A stretch of DNA of 63,522 nt, filler included, from Octopus bimaculoides (GCF_001194135.2; 5 parts of 5 records of this genome joined end to end with filler, not necessarily neighbours in it), one strand, 5' to 3'; shown: positions 25,432-37,860, counted from the first letter of the whole stretch. A program made the numbers and translations. Notes: generated from the sequence alone by a model not told the origin.

Positions 25432-26690
25432 GTACAGATATATATATATACGAATTACACAAACAAATGAAAACAAACACAGGTACGTACATATATACAA
25501 ACATACATTCATATATATATATATATATACATTTGTTTTCGTATTTATGTTGTTTGCTGTTGGTGACGTCCTTCTCGTTTCTGCTCGCCGTCTCCTATAA
25601 CTTCTGTTTCACGTTAGCAGCCCATATTATTCTGCGTCCATTNNNNNNNNNNNNNNNNNNNNNNNNNNNNNNNNNNNNNNNNNNNNNNNNNNNNNNNNNN
25701 NNNNNNNNNNNNNNNNNNNNNNNNNNNNNNNNNNNNNNNNNNNNNNNNNNNNNNNNNNNNNNNNNNNNNNNNNNNNNNNNNNNNNNNNNNNNNNNNNNNN
25801 NNNNNNNNNNNNNNNNNNNNNNNNNNNNNNNNNNNNNNNNNNNNNNNNNNNNNNNNNNNNNNNNNNNNNNNNNNNNNNNNNNNNNNNNNNNNNNNNNNNN
25901 NNNNNNNNNNNNNNNNNNNNNNNNNNNNNNNNNNNNNNNNNNNNNNNNNNNNNNNNNNNNNNNNNNNNNNNNNNNNNNNNNNNNNNNNNNNNNNNNNNNN
26001 NNNNNNNNNNNNNNNNNNNNNNNNNNNNNNNNNNNNNNNNNNNNNNNNNNNNNNNNNNNNNNNNNNNNNNNNNNNNNNNNNNNNNNNNNNNNNNNNNNNN
26101 NNNNNNNNNNNNNNNNNNNNNNNNNATATATATATATATATATAGTATATATCTGCAAAATAAGATTCGGGTAAAGCCATTGTAGCAGCTGATATACACA
26201 GCTGACACACATACCCACATATTCGCGCACGTGAGCACTTACACATGACTGATGTGCACCCACACCCATGTGTACGCATACCCCAGAAAACACGCACATA
26301 CGTACCAAAGTGCTGATCCTATTAGCTCTCACCCACACACCAGCACACACACACGCTCACCCACACCCATACCTGATACACATGTATAGACGTCAGACAC
26401 CCGTAGCTACCCACTCATATATCTGTTATACATACAATCATACCGGCCATATTTCTGCAACCCTGTAATCCCCTTCAAAGTCCTTTCAAAGACCCTTCAG
26501 ACACCAAGGCGCCATCAGCTTCCTGTCCAGTGGTGCTGTCCAAGAAATTCTCTTTTCTTATGTATCAGGTGTCGCGGAAACGCCATTCACACTTGTAGCA
26601 ACAGTATGTGACCCGCCTTAACCAAATGCAGCCCAATTTCTGGCAGTTATCATGGACTTCTTGCATTTGTCCATTCTATGAACAGTATCA

Positions 26691-26793
26691 GGCTATAGTA
26701 GAAGACACTTGCCCACGGTGCCACGCAGTGGGACTGAACCTGGAAGCATGCGGTTCGTAAGCAAGCTACTTACCACACTTCCACTCCTACGCC
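26691..26793 (-). mobile_element. SINE family B, 5' portion
   Basis: GGCTATAGTAGAAGACACTTGCCCACGGTGCCACGCAGTGGGACTGAACC..TTACCACAC..CTCCTACGCC. Confidence 0.85.
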
Positions 26794-26795
26794 TA

Positions 26796-26830
<35 letters not shown>

Positions 26831-26946
26831 NNNNNNNNNNNNNNNNNNNNNNNNNNNNNNNNNNNNNNNNNNNNNNNNNNNNNNNNNNNNNNNNNNNNNN
26901 NNNNNNNNNNNNNNNNNNNNNNNNNNNNNNNNNNNNNNNNNNNNNN

Positions 26947-26985
<39 letters not shown>

Positions 26986-27030
26986 TGCGTGCAGAAGCGA
27001 GATGCTATCATCTCTAACAGATGTGGCGCC

Positions 27031-27079
27031 TAGTACTGAGGAGTGGCAGAAATAGCCCGAAACCAGGACTGGTTTACTG
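27031..27079 (+). ncRNA. Type I hammerhead ribozyme, complete core
   Basis: Helix I TAGTA/TACTG; CTGAGGA core (27036-27042); helix II G(T)GGC/GCCC; GAAA (27059-27062); helix III ACCAG/CTGGT; cleavage triplet GUU (27072-27074). Manual fold. Confidence 0.8.
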
Positions 27080-27334
27080 TTCCCGTCGCTAGGAGATGGT
27101 TGGGGTTCGCTACCCTGCTCACAGTTTTATCGGGTACAGCTGTGCATCATTAACCAGCTAGAGATGTGCTCTTGGGGTTGAAAATCGCAGTAGAGTCCGC
27201 TCGAACGGACAGCTATGTTAAAGTGGCTACGAATATTACTTGTCAACATAACTACTGCGTTGATCTTTTAGAGAGATTTTAGAACTACACACACACACAC
27301 ATATATATATGATAGTGTGTGAGTCTGTGAGCGT

Positions 27335-27520
27335 GTGTCTTTGCGTCTGTGTTCATATCCCTGTGACATAGCTGTTCGGCCAAAGAGGCCGATAGAATAA
27401 GTACCAGGCTTTAAAAATATAAAAGTACTGGGGTCGACTCATATCACAAAAACTTCTTAAAGGCGCTGCCCCAACATGGTCACAGTTTAACGACTGAAAC
27501 AAATAAACGATAAAAGAAAA
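27335..27520 (+). mobile_element. SINE family B, 3' half, diverged
   Basis: GCTGTTCGGCCAAAGAGGCCGATAGAATAAGTACCAGG..AAGGCGCTGCCCCAACATGG..ACTGAAACAAATAAA. Confidence 0.75.
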
Positions 27521-28475
27521 ATCAGGTATGTACCTTCAAAAATACTTCAAACAGTTATATGAATGTATGTTCGAAACAAATAAATACAACATACAGTCAG
27601 GCATGTACGCGCACACACACCTACTCACATATGCAAACACGCATGTATCAAATATGTAAAAATTCCATGCATTGGCCTAAGAATATATATTAAAATTATT
27701 TTCAAGTTTCAATTCCAAAAGGCACGTGTATTGTACACTAATGTTTTCTAATCTGAATAGCAGTAGTCATTAAAAACGTTTTAAGGGTCGCTAAAATTAG
27801 AAAAAGTGCACCTGTGAAACGGTATAGTTTACAAATGTACCAGATAAACCAATAACTTATCTCAGGCATGTGCTAGATTCATTTAAAATTCATTTAAAAT
27901 TCGGTTTAGTGAGCAAATACGTACGTATAAAAAGAATGAAGCAAGCAAATACATACGTATAGAAATAATGAAATAAGCACACATCCCTATCATACTTCAT
28001 TTGGGAATGGAAAAACTAAAGCCAAAACATATAATAAAACATTGAATAATTATTCTAAAGTAAACCTTAATAGCGGCAAAATATGCACTGCTCAAAATTT
28101 TGGATTCTTAACCGTTCAAAATCTATTCTCAATAGATATTCAGATCGAGAATCTTCCCATCCCATCAGAAAATATTCAAGATATTTTTGCGTATGTCTGT
28201 GTATGCGTGTGAGTGCATACGTACATATACACCACAAACACACACACACACACACACACACACAAGCACACACATAAACACACCGACACATATACACACA
28301 CAAACACACGTATATATACATACATACATATATATATATATGTATGTATGTATATATATATGTACATGTTTATATTATATATACATATTTTTTTTTTATT
28401 TATTTATGTGTTTCAGCCAAGTGCACCACCGTGATATATATATATATTATGTATATGTATATATACAGATGCTTA

Positions 28476-28524
<49 letters not shown>

Positions 28525-29190
28525 NNNNNNNNNNNNNNNNNNNNNNNNNNNNNNNNNNNNNNNNNNNNTTAATTAATTAANNNNNNNNNNNNNNNNNNNN
28601 NNNNNNNNNNNNNNNNNNNNNNNNGTGTGTGTGTGTGTGTGTGTGTGTGTGGGGAGAGAGAGAAAGAGAAAGCGAGTGAGATGGATAAATAGATAAACGG
28701 ATAGCTATATATATTGTGTGTGTGGAAAAGAGAGAGAGACGCAGAGAGAAGGAGAAAGAAAGAGAAAGAGGGAGAGGAGGAAGAGAAAGAGAGAGGGAGG
28801 AAGAGAGAGAAATAGAGAGAGAGAGCATGCGTTTAACAACAGGTGCATTGCGATTTTGATTGTTAGTTTAAATATTCATCAAATTATATTTATAAACTGA
28901 ATCAACAATTGTCTCGACTTCATTGTAGTTTGATGGATATAGTTATTTCACTCTCATGAACCGTTATATTTGATGTGTTATATTTAACACATAAAAATTC
29001 TATTTAATTTTGAAATTAAACTGAATTTCTTTGACTAGCAAGCTTATTTGTTATGCTGCGCTGAGAAAACATTCAAAGAATTGACTTGCTTCTCTGGCTT
29101 GTCTGAAATGAAGAGAAACCCAGAGAAGTTTGCAATTCTTAGATCTTGGTTGGTCAAATGTAACTCTTAGAGTATCGGCAGAGGGAAATC

Positions 29191-29595
29191 TTTTACTTCT
29201 TTCAGTCATTAGACTGCAGCCATGCTGGGGCACCGCCTTGAAGGATTTTTAGTCGAATGTATCAACCCCCAGCACTTATTTTTGTTTTCAAAGCCTGGTA
29301 CTTATTCTATCGTACTCTTTGGCCGAACCGCTAGGTTACGGGGACGTAAATACACCAACACCGGTTGTCAAGCGGTAGTGGTGGAGGCACAAACACAGAC
29401 AGAAAGAAACACACACACACACACATATACACATATACGATGGGCTTCTTTCAGTTTCCAAATCCACTCACGAGGCTTTGGTCGGCCAGGCCCTATAGTA
29501 AAAGACACTTGCCCAGAGTGCCACGCAGTGGGACTGAACCCCGAACCATGTGTTTGGAAAGCAAGCTTCTTACCACACAGCCACACTTATCGCCT
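29191..29595 (-). mobile_element. SINE family B, full length with short internal (CA)n
   Basis: Head, CORE-like block, repeat, body and tail all collinear with 14551-14968. Confidence 0.9.
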
Positions 29596-29680
29596 TTCAG
29601 TAAATAAACATCGCAGTGCTGCAGCATGTGTTACGTATTTACTATATTTGACTGAGTCCAATACAGACAAATAAATCATT

Positions 29681-30133
29681 CTTTTCACTATAGGCACAAC
29701 GCCTGAAATGTTAAGGAAGGGAGATAATCGATTACATTGCCCATAGTTTTCCACTGGTACGTATTCTATCGACTCCGATATGCTCAAAAGGCAAAGTAGA
29801 CCTCGGCGGCATTTAAACTCAGAACGTAAAGAGCCGGACGAAATGCTGCTAAAGATTTAGTCCGGCACAGTAATGATTATGCCAGCTTGCCGCCTTAATA
29901 AGTAAATAAATAATCGTTTCCACTGTAAGCACAAAGCTTGAAATTTTAAAGGAGGAGTCTAGTCGATTATATCGTCCATAGTTCACAGCTCGTACTTAAT
30001 TTTATTGACGCCCGAAATAATAAAAGGCAGAGTTGACGTCGACAGCATGTGAACTCAGAACATAAAGAGCTGAGCGAAATACTACTAAGCATTTTATCCG
30101 GTACAGTAATAATTCTGCAAGCTCGCCGCCTCA
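29681..30133 (-). mobile_element. Two tandem SINE family A copies (29681-29897, 29915-30133)
   Basis: Two full heads and tails in the same orientation about 17 bp apart. Confidence 0.85.
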
Positions 30134-30203
30134 ACAAGTAAGTATGTAAATAAACAAGTATATAACATACGAAGTGGGTTATAATAGACGTTATGTAACC
30201 CAG

Positions 30204-30591
30204 TGGAGGCGCAATGGCCCAGTTGTTAGGGCAGCGGACTCGCGTTCATAGGATCGCAGTTTCGATTCCCAGACCGGGCGTTGTGAGTGTTTATTGAGCG
30301 AAAACACCTAAAGCTCCACGAGGCTCCGGCAGGGGATGGTGGCGAACCCTGCTGTACTCTTTCACCACAACTTTCTCTCACTCTTACTTCCTGTTTCTGT
30401 TGTGCCTGTAATTCAAAGGGTCAACCTTGTCACACTGTGTCACGCTGAATATCCCCGAGAACTACGTCAAGGGTACACGTGTCTGTGGAGTGCTCAGCCA
30501 CTTGCACGTTTATTTCACGAGCCGGCTGTTCCGTTGATCGGATCAACTGGAACCCTCGACGTTGTAAGCGACGGAGTGCTAACAACAACAA
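30204..30591 (+). mobile_element. SINE family C, full length with 12-bp TSD
   Basis: A-box TGGCCCAGTTGTT, B-box GTTTCGATTCC, (AAC)n tail; TATGTAACCCAG at 30192-30203 and 30592-30603. Confidence 0.95.
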
Positions 30592-31094
30592 TATGTAACC
30601 CAGAACTAGCAATAAAAAAAAATAATACATTATTTATTTGCTTAATCACTCGTTGAGCAGAATGACATAATGAAAGTGTACGGGTCCTATAACCAAGATG
30701 TCTATAGATCGAAGCTATTCTTTGTAAAGAAGTGGATATAATTTTTGATATGTTTACGTTGAGTTGTCTACAAATATACCAACGATATACATGTATATGT
30801 ACGTACAGGGATTGCTACAAACTATATTATGTAATAGAAATTTAAATGGTGTCAGTGGGTCAACAACTGACCAGGGTACACGAAAACTCAAGTAGCGTGA
30901 TGGGTAAAAACGATAACTACAATAAAATTTTCCGTTTCGTGTTTAGGATTTTCGTCGGACTTACATTTCAATCAGGATATCAGCAGAATGTCACAAGTTA
31001 TTTTATAAATTCTAAATCTCTCTAAAGGAAAGATACAGTAGCAGTTCTGAGTATTAATATTTATTGCCAAACTAATGTGGCAGTCCATAGAAAT

Positions 31095-31239
31095 AGGACG
31101 AATGCTGCGATCGCCTCTAGTTAGCCATATGACGCATGCACCTGCGTCTAGGTTCGAAGGTTTATGGACGCAAGTTCGTGTCATATGGCTAGCTAGAGGC
31201 GATCGCCTCTCGGAGCTGATCAACAGCAGCATTCGTCCT
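31095..31239. repeat. Nested inverted repeat (fold-back element)
   Basis: 27-bp arms GCGATCGCCTCTAG(T/C)TAGCCATATGAC with one mismatch, plus an outer 14-bp inverted repeat AGGACGAATGCTGC. Confidence 0.9.
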
Positions 31240-31460
31240 TTTTCCGATTCTTTGAGTTTTGAATTCTTGGGTAGTAAGATGTTATTCCTCGCTTAGTATA
31301 ACCCCAAAACCCGGTCTTTGGGTGCCCTTGGAAGAGCCCACTCTGTTGCTAGCATTTAAGATAGGTCTTTGATCTGAGCATATATTCCTCTATTCATTCC
31401 CCAACGCCAGTCTCAGAGTCAGTGGCACCAACCTTCTCTCTCTAACTAAACAGTAAAGAA

Positions 31461-31503
<43 letters not shown>

Positions 31504-31790
31504 NNNNNNNNNNNNNNNNNNNNNNNNNNNNNNNNNNNNNNNNNNNNNNNNNNNNNNNNNNNNNNNNNNNNNNNNNNNNNNNNNNNNNNNNNNNNNNNNN
31601 NNNNNNNNNNNNNNNNNNNNNNNNNNNNNNNNNNNNNNNNNNNNNNNNNNNNNNNNNNNNNNNNNNNNNNNNNNNNNNNNNNNNNNNNNNNNNNNNNNNN
31701 NNNNNNNNNNNNNNNNNNNNNNNNNNNNNNNNNNNNNNNNNNNNNNNNNNNNNNNNNNNNNNNNNNNNTTCTGGCAAAAAATTTTTTCTA

Positions 31791-31980
31791 ATTTTTTGCA
31801 CAAAGCCAGCAATTTTGAGGGGAAAAGGAAATCGATCTCAGGGTTCAACTGATACTAATTTTATCGACATCGAAAAGATTACAGGCAAAGTCAACCTCAG
31901 CAGAAACTGAACTCAAAACGCTAAGCCAGAAGATATACTGCTAAGCATCTTGTCCAGCGTGCTAACGATTCTGCCAGTTC
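31791..31980 (-). mobile_element. SINE family A
   Basis: GGCAAAGTCAACCTCAGCAG..GCGTGCTAACGATTCTGCCAGTTCG. Confidence 0.8.
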
Positions 31981-32901
31981 GTAAGGCGCTGTTTTATTCC
32001 GACATATTCTCTAGAATATTGAAGGCTACGTAATCTAATGACTCTTTCTTTTAAAGAGAAAGCAGGGTGTTATTTGAGTGAAATTTGGTTGCTAATGTTA
32101 TAAGGTCGTTTAACCCCGTAGAAAATTTCTTGTTGGGTTGCCTAAATGCTATTTGATCAGTTTGCTACAAATATATTCCGTTGTAACCTTTAGAAAATTT
32201 CAGATTTAGATCAGTATAGCTAGATCAAGAACAAAATGCAGAACTGCTATAAGTAGCAGAAGCCACAATCCTATATATTAAACAAAAGGTCTTGTTGCTG
32301 TTGGCGTCGTCTTTGCACAATATGTTACTTGGGTTTTGATTACCCCTGTCAATTTGTGACCTGTATAAATTGTTACTGCATAATATAACTTGTATCAACT
32401 CCTGTAGATGTATGTGAGTTTGTGTGTGTGTGTGAAGTTGCTAAATCTGTAGACGACTCAGTTGCGATGTATAACTATCAGAAATTATATACATTTCTTT
32501 GCAGTGCGTAGTTTCGACTTGCGGATCTCTGGGCTATGAGCAACTACATATTGTATTATTTTTTGTATTGTCTGCTATGAATTACATTACTTCTGTTACA
32601 TCATCCATCATTTACTTATTTCTATGCATTCAACTCTGTTAAATATACAAAATGTAGTAAGTACACAATATATGCTGCAACACTATGGTGCTAACTTACT
32701 GAAAGACATTTCAATCTGCTGATACTCCGAGATTCACATTTGACGAACAACACACATAGATCTATGCATTTCAACTCTTTCTGAGTGTCTCTTTATTTGC
32801 CATTTTGAGATCAACCAGAAGTAAATCTATTCTATAAATGTTTTCCCAGTGTAGCGTAGCAAGCGACCTTGCTAGTTAATTATAACAAGGGTAAGAATTA
32901 G

Positions 32902-32954
32902 ACGGGAATAGTTGAGCTGAATCAATAAAAACGGATCAACTCGACTATTCCCGT
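32902..32954. other. 53-nt hairpin
   Basis: ACGGGAATAGTTGAGCTGAATC / GATCAACTCGACTATTCCCGT around a 10-nt loop. Confidence 0.85.
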
Positions 32955-33020
32955 ATTATATGAGTATTTTGAAATTAAATCAGCTGTAGACAAGGTATAG
33001 TAGATAAGTAAATCAACAAC

Positions 33021-34132
33021 TAGCGAGCTGGCAGAATCTTTAGCAAGCCTCACAAAATGCTTAGCAGCATTTCTTCCCACTTTACGTTCTGAGTTCAGAG
33101 TCTGCCAAAGTTGACTTTGCCTTTCATCCTTCGGGGTGGGGTGGGGGTCATAAAATAAGTACCAGTTAAACACTGGGGTCGATGAAACCGGCTATCACCC
33201 CCTCCCCCGAAGTTACTGACTTTAAGTCAAAATCTGGAATCATTATTTCTTAATAGTTAAGGCGACGAAGGCGGCGAGCTGGCAGAATCGTTAGCACGCC
33301 GGGCAAAATACTTGGCAGCGTTTCATCCGTCTTTATGTTCTGAGTTCAAATTCTGCCAAGGTCAACTTTGCCTTTCATCCTTTCGAAGTCGATAAAATGA
33401 ATACCAATCGAGCACTGGGTTCGATGCAATTGACTAGCTCCCTCCCACAAAATTTCAGGCCTTGTGCCTATAGCAGAAAGGAATATTTAAGGGGAGGAGT
33501 TGGTCGAATGGTTAGCACACCGGATAAAATACTTAGTGATATTTTGTCGCTCTTTACCTTCTAAGTTCAAATTCCGCTGAGGTTGAATTTAGGATCGATG
33601 AAATAAATACTCCGAGGTCACCAAGATCGATGTAATCAACTAGCTCCTTCCCCAGATTTCAGACCCTGTACCAATAGTAGAAAGAAATGTTCCCCAATAT
33701 TTGAGGTGACGAGCTGGAAGAATCGTTACCGCATCGGTCAAAATGTATAGTGGCGTTTCTTCCGGCTCATTATGTTCTGAGTTCAAATTCTGCAAAGGTC
33801 AACTTTATCTTTCATCCTCTCGGGGGTCGATAAAGTAAAGAACCAATCAAGCACTGGAGTAGTGTAATTGACTTGCCCCTCGCCGCCTCAAAATAGCTGA
33901 CACTAAGCCAAAAATAGTATATTTACTAGGTGGCGAACTGGCAGAATCATTAGAGTGTCGGACAAAGTGATTTGTAGTATTTGTTCCGATTCCTTATGTT
34001 TTGAGTTCAATTGCTGTCTTTCATCCTTTCGGGTTCGATGACATTTAAAATACCAGTCAAATACTGGAGTCGATGGCATCGTCTGTGTCATTCCCCCACC
34101 AAATTGCTGATCTTATTCTTAAATTAGAAACC
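33021..34132 (+). mobile_element. Array of five head-to-tail SINE family A copies
   Basis: Copies at about 33021-33241, 33268-33482, 33500-33688, 33703-33912, 33928-34132, each with A-box/B-box head and family A tail. Confidence 0.9.
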
Positions 34133-34384
34133 ATTATTTCATGAAGGTAATGATCCAGAAAATATCTCTAACTGGAAAAAGAATACCGTTTTTTTTTCTC
34201 GCCTGAAAAACGAATCAAAAAAATAATTCGGGAAGAATTTGAACTGTCATGCGCTGATGATACCCAAGCAATACGATTCCATATATGGATGAAGATTCTG
34301 AGATTGATAATAAAAACAAAAATTCGAGATGAGGGACCAATTGTTATTAGACGTTTGGTAGTAGACTTTCTCAAGGAACATTTA

Positions 34385-34557
34385 GGCGCTGGTACGATTG
34401 TGTAGTGAAGAAGCTTGCTTTGCAACCACGTAGTTCCTGGTTCAGTCCCATTGCTCAGCACTTTAGGCGAGTGTCTTCTACTATATCCCTGGACCTATCA
34501 ATGACTTGTGAGTAAATTTAGTGCTTTGAAACTGTATGGGAGCTCGTGTAAATATAT
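34385..34557 (+). mobile_element. SINE family B, 5' half, running into (TA)n and a gap
   Basis: GAAGAAGCTTGCTTTGCAACCACGTAGTTCCTGGTTCAGTCCCA..GAGTGTCTTCTACTATA. Confidence 0.8.
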
Positions 34558-36875
34558 NNNNNNNNNNNNNNNNNNNNNNNNNNNNNNNNNNNNNNNNNNN
34601 NNNNNNNNNNNNNNNNNNNNNNNNNNNNNNNNNNNNNNNNNNNNNNNNNNNNNNNNNNNNNNNNNNNNNNNNNNNNNNNNNNNNNNNNNNNNNNNNNNNN
34701 NNNNNNNNNNNNNNNNNNNNNNNNNNNNNNNNNNNNNNNNNNNNNNNNNNNNNNNNNNNNNNNNNNNNNNNNNNNNNNNNNNNNNNNNNNNNNNNNNNNN
34801 NNNNNNNNNNNNNNNNNNNNNNNNNNNNNNNNNNNNNNNNNNNNNNNNNNNNNNNNNNNNNNNNNNNNNNNNNNNNNNNNNNNNNNNNNNNNNNNNNNNN
34901 NNNNNNNNNNNNNNNNNNNNNNNNNNNNNNNNNNNNNNNNNNNNNNNNNNNNNNNNNNNNNNNNNNNNNNNNNNNNNNNNNNNNNNNNNNNNNNNNNNNN
35001 NNNNNNNNNNNNNNNNNNNNNNNNNNNNNNNNNNNNNNNNNNNNNNNNNNNNNNNNNNNNNNNNNNNNNNNNNNNNNNNNNNNNNNNNNNNNNNNNNNNN
35101 NNNNNNNNNNNNNNNNNNNNNNNNNNNNNNNNNNNNNNNNNNNNNNNNNNNNNNNNNNNNNNNNNNNNNNNNNNNNNNNNNNNNNNNNNNNNNNNNNNNN
35201 NNNNNNNNNNNNNNNNNNNNNNNNNNNNNNNNNNNNNNNNNNNNNNNNNNNNNNNNNNNNNNNNNNNNNNNNNNNNNNNNNNNNNNNNNNNNNNNNNNNN
35301 NNNNNNNNNNNNNNNNNNNNNNNNNNNNNNNNNNNNNNNNNNNNNNNNNNNNNNNNNNNNNNNNNNNNNNNNNNNNNNNNNNNNNNNNNNNNNNNNNNNN
35401 NNNNNNNNNNNNNNNNNNNNNNNNNNNNNNNNNNNNNNNNNNNNNNNNNNNNAAATTGATTTTAGGAAGTGTTGGTGTTACTATAAATAGTCGTACTTTC
35501 AATGACCTATCGTTCACTTGATGATACTGTACTGACAATAACACCAGGATGTACAACCAACAGTGTGCAGTCGATGCAGTTGAAACGCGCGTAGGTACAT
35601 AAGAGAATATTGTAAATAACTGTTTAATAAAATTATAGATGTAGAAAATCTCCGTTCTCTTGATTATTATTAATACGATATTGATCTCTCACTACGACAT
35701 TAACAGACACATACAGACCACCCTCACAAACAAACACATGTAAATAGTTAATACCACACACACGCACACACACAAACGCACACACACAGTTGCCACCACA
35801 CGCACACTCAGATACTGCCACACACACACACGCTCCCATACACACATGCGCTATTACACACACATACATGCCACCACCACCACACGCACACACACACACT
35901 CAGTTAGTGCCACACACACACACTACCATACACACACACACACAAACACACATGCCACCACTCACACACGCGCACACACCCATACACACATACATATACC
36001 ACCCATTCTTCACACTCTTCTGTCCCAGAAAGCACTTTCTCTATGTCCACCTACTTCCGATCATTTCAAAAATGTAACTACATGTTGACTGTTGGCNNNN
36101 NNNNNNNNNNNNNNNNNNNNNNNNNNNNNNNNNNNNNNNNNNNNNNNNNNNNNNNNNNNNNNNNNNNNNNNNNNNNNNNNNNNNNNNNNNNNNNNNNNNN
36201 NNNNNNNNNNNNNNNNNNNNNNNNNNNNNNNNNNNNNNNNNNNNNNNNNNNNNNNNNNNNNNNNNNNNNNNNNNNNNNNNNNNNNNNNNNNNNNNNNNNN
36301 NNNNNNNNNNNNNNNNNNNNNNNNNNNNNNNNNNNNNNNNNNNNNNNNNNNNNNNNNNNNNNNNNNNNNNNNNNNNNNNNNNNNNNNNNNNNNNNNNNNN
36401 NNNNNNNNNNNNNNNNNNNNNNNNNNNNNNNNNNNNNNNNNNNNNNNNNNNNNNNNNNNNNNNNNNNNNNNNNNNNNNNNNNNNNNNNNNNNNNNNNNNN
36501 NNNNNNNNNNNNNNNNNNNNNNNNNNNNNNNNNNNNNNNNNNNNNNNNNNNNNNNNNNNNNNNNNNNNNNNNNNNNNNNNNNNNNNNNNNNNNNNNNNNN
36601 NNNNNNNNNNNNNNNNNNNNNNNNNNNNNNNNNNNNNNNNNNNNNNNNNNNNNNNNNNNNNNNNNNNNNNNNNNNNNNNNNNNNNNNNNNNNNNNNNNNN
36701 NNNNNNNNNNNNNNNNNNNNNNNNNNNNNNNNNNNNNNNNNNNNNNNNNNNNNNNNNNNNNNNNNNNNNNNNNNNNNNNNNNNNNNNNNNNNNNNNNNNN
36801 NNNNNNNNNNNNNNNNNNNNNNNNNNNNNNNNNNNNNNNNNNNNNNNNNNNNNNNNNNNNNNNNNNNNNNNNNNN

Positions 36876-36926
<51 letters not shown>

Positions 36927-37639
36927 TAATGTGTGTGTCTTTGTGAGTGTTTGCTCCTTCCCACGACACACTGCATGACAACCGTTGCTGGTATATTTGC
37001 GTCCCCGTAACTTACACCTCAATATAGACTTCCTGGTTTAGGGATATCGCGTTGCTAAACAACAGCAGCAACAACCTCAATACCAATAACAACATGGATA
37101 ACGGTAACAATAGCGTCAACCACATTATCATAAACTCGACAGAAAAAGAAGCAAGAAGAAAGAAGACAGAAGGAGAGTTGGGGGAGGAGGAAGATGAATA
37201 AGAAGAGGAGAAGGAGGAGGAGAAACGAATACTACTACTACTATTCTAGTCGAGTATGTAAATTAATGAAAGAAATGGAAGATGAAATATACGAGATTCT
37301 TTATTGATCAGTACAATTTTTTTTCCACCCATCTAACATCGATCCTTCACGGGTGGTATACTATTGAGGTTGAGGTGCACTGCTCTGTGTAGACGTGTCT
37401 TCTCAGGTGATGTTTAAGAGGTATCTCGTTAAAACAAACTCTGTTTCGCCCAACTTATTACTCCATGCTTATTTGTTGAGCTTCTGGGCTTCTACGAATA
37501 TATATNNNNNNNNNNNNNNNNNNNNNNNNNNNNNNNNNNNNNNNNNNNNNNNNNNNNNNNNNNNNNNNNNNNNNNNNNNNNNNNNNNNNNNNNNNNNNNN
37601 NNNNNNNNNNNNNNNNNNNNNNNNNNNNNNAAATAATAT

Positions 37640-37860
37640 ATAGATATATGCATATATCCATACATATATGTACATACCTACATCTATATGTATACATACA
37701 TGCACATATGGGTACAGGACATAAAAAAAAACGTTAATCACAATGAGAAACGAAAACATTAAAACGAAAACAGAAAACGAACTTTTTTCGAACAACGAAC
37801 AACGAAAAAAAAACAAACAAACAAACGAGATATGCAACATAAAGAGTATATCCCTTCGTA
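37640..37860 (-). mobile_element. Putative Penelope-like terminal-repeat family (related copy at 54060-54235)
   Basis: Both share TGTACATACCTAC..TGGGTACAGGACAT-like blocks and a (C)TGATGAAGG-like motif on minus. The repeat itself is seen; assignment to Penelope is inference. Confidence 0.4.

Noticed and set aside
30204-30275. tRNA gene
   Set aside because: A- and B-boxes are present, but it continues into a multicopy SINE body with a tail and TSD.
32505-32645. Hydrophobic exon resembling GPCR TM7 (SAMNYITSVTSSIIYLFLC)
   Set aside because: No NPxxY motif, a stop precedes the donor, and T-rich DNA readily yields hydrophobic frames.
33021-34132. CRISPR-like or satellite array
   Set aside because: Units are about 210-bp diverged SINEs with tRNA-type heads; no short identical repeats with unique spacers and no cas genes.
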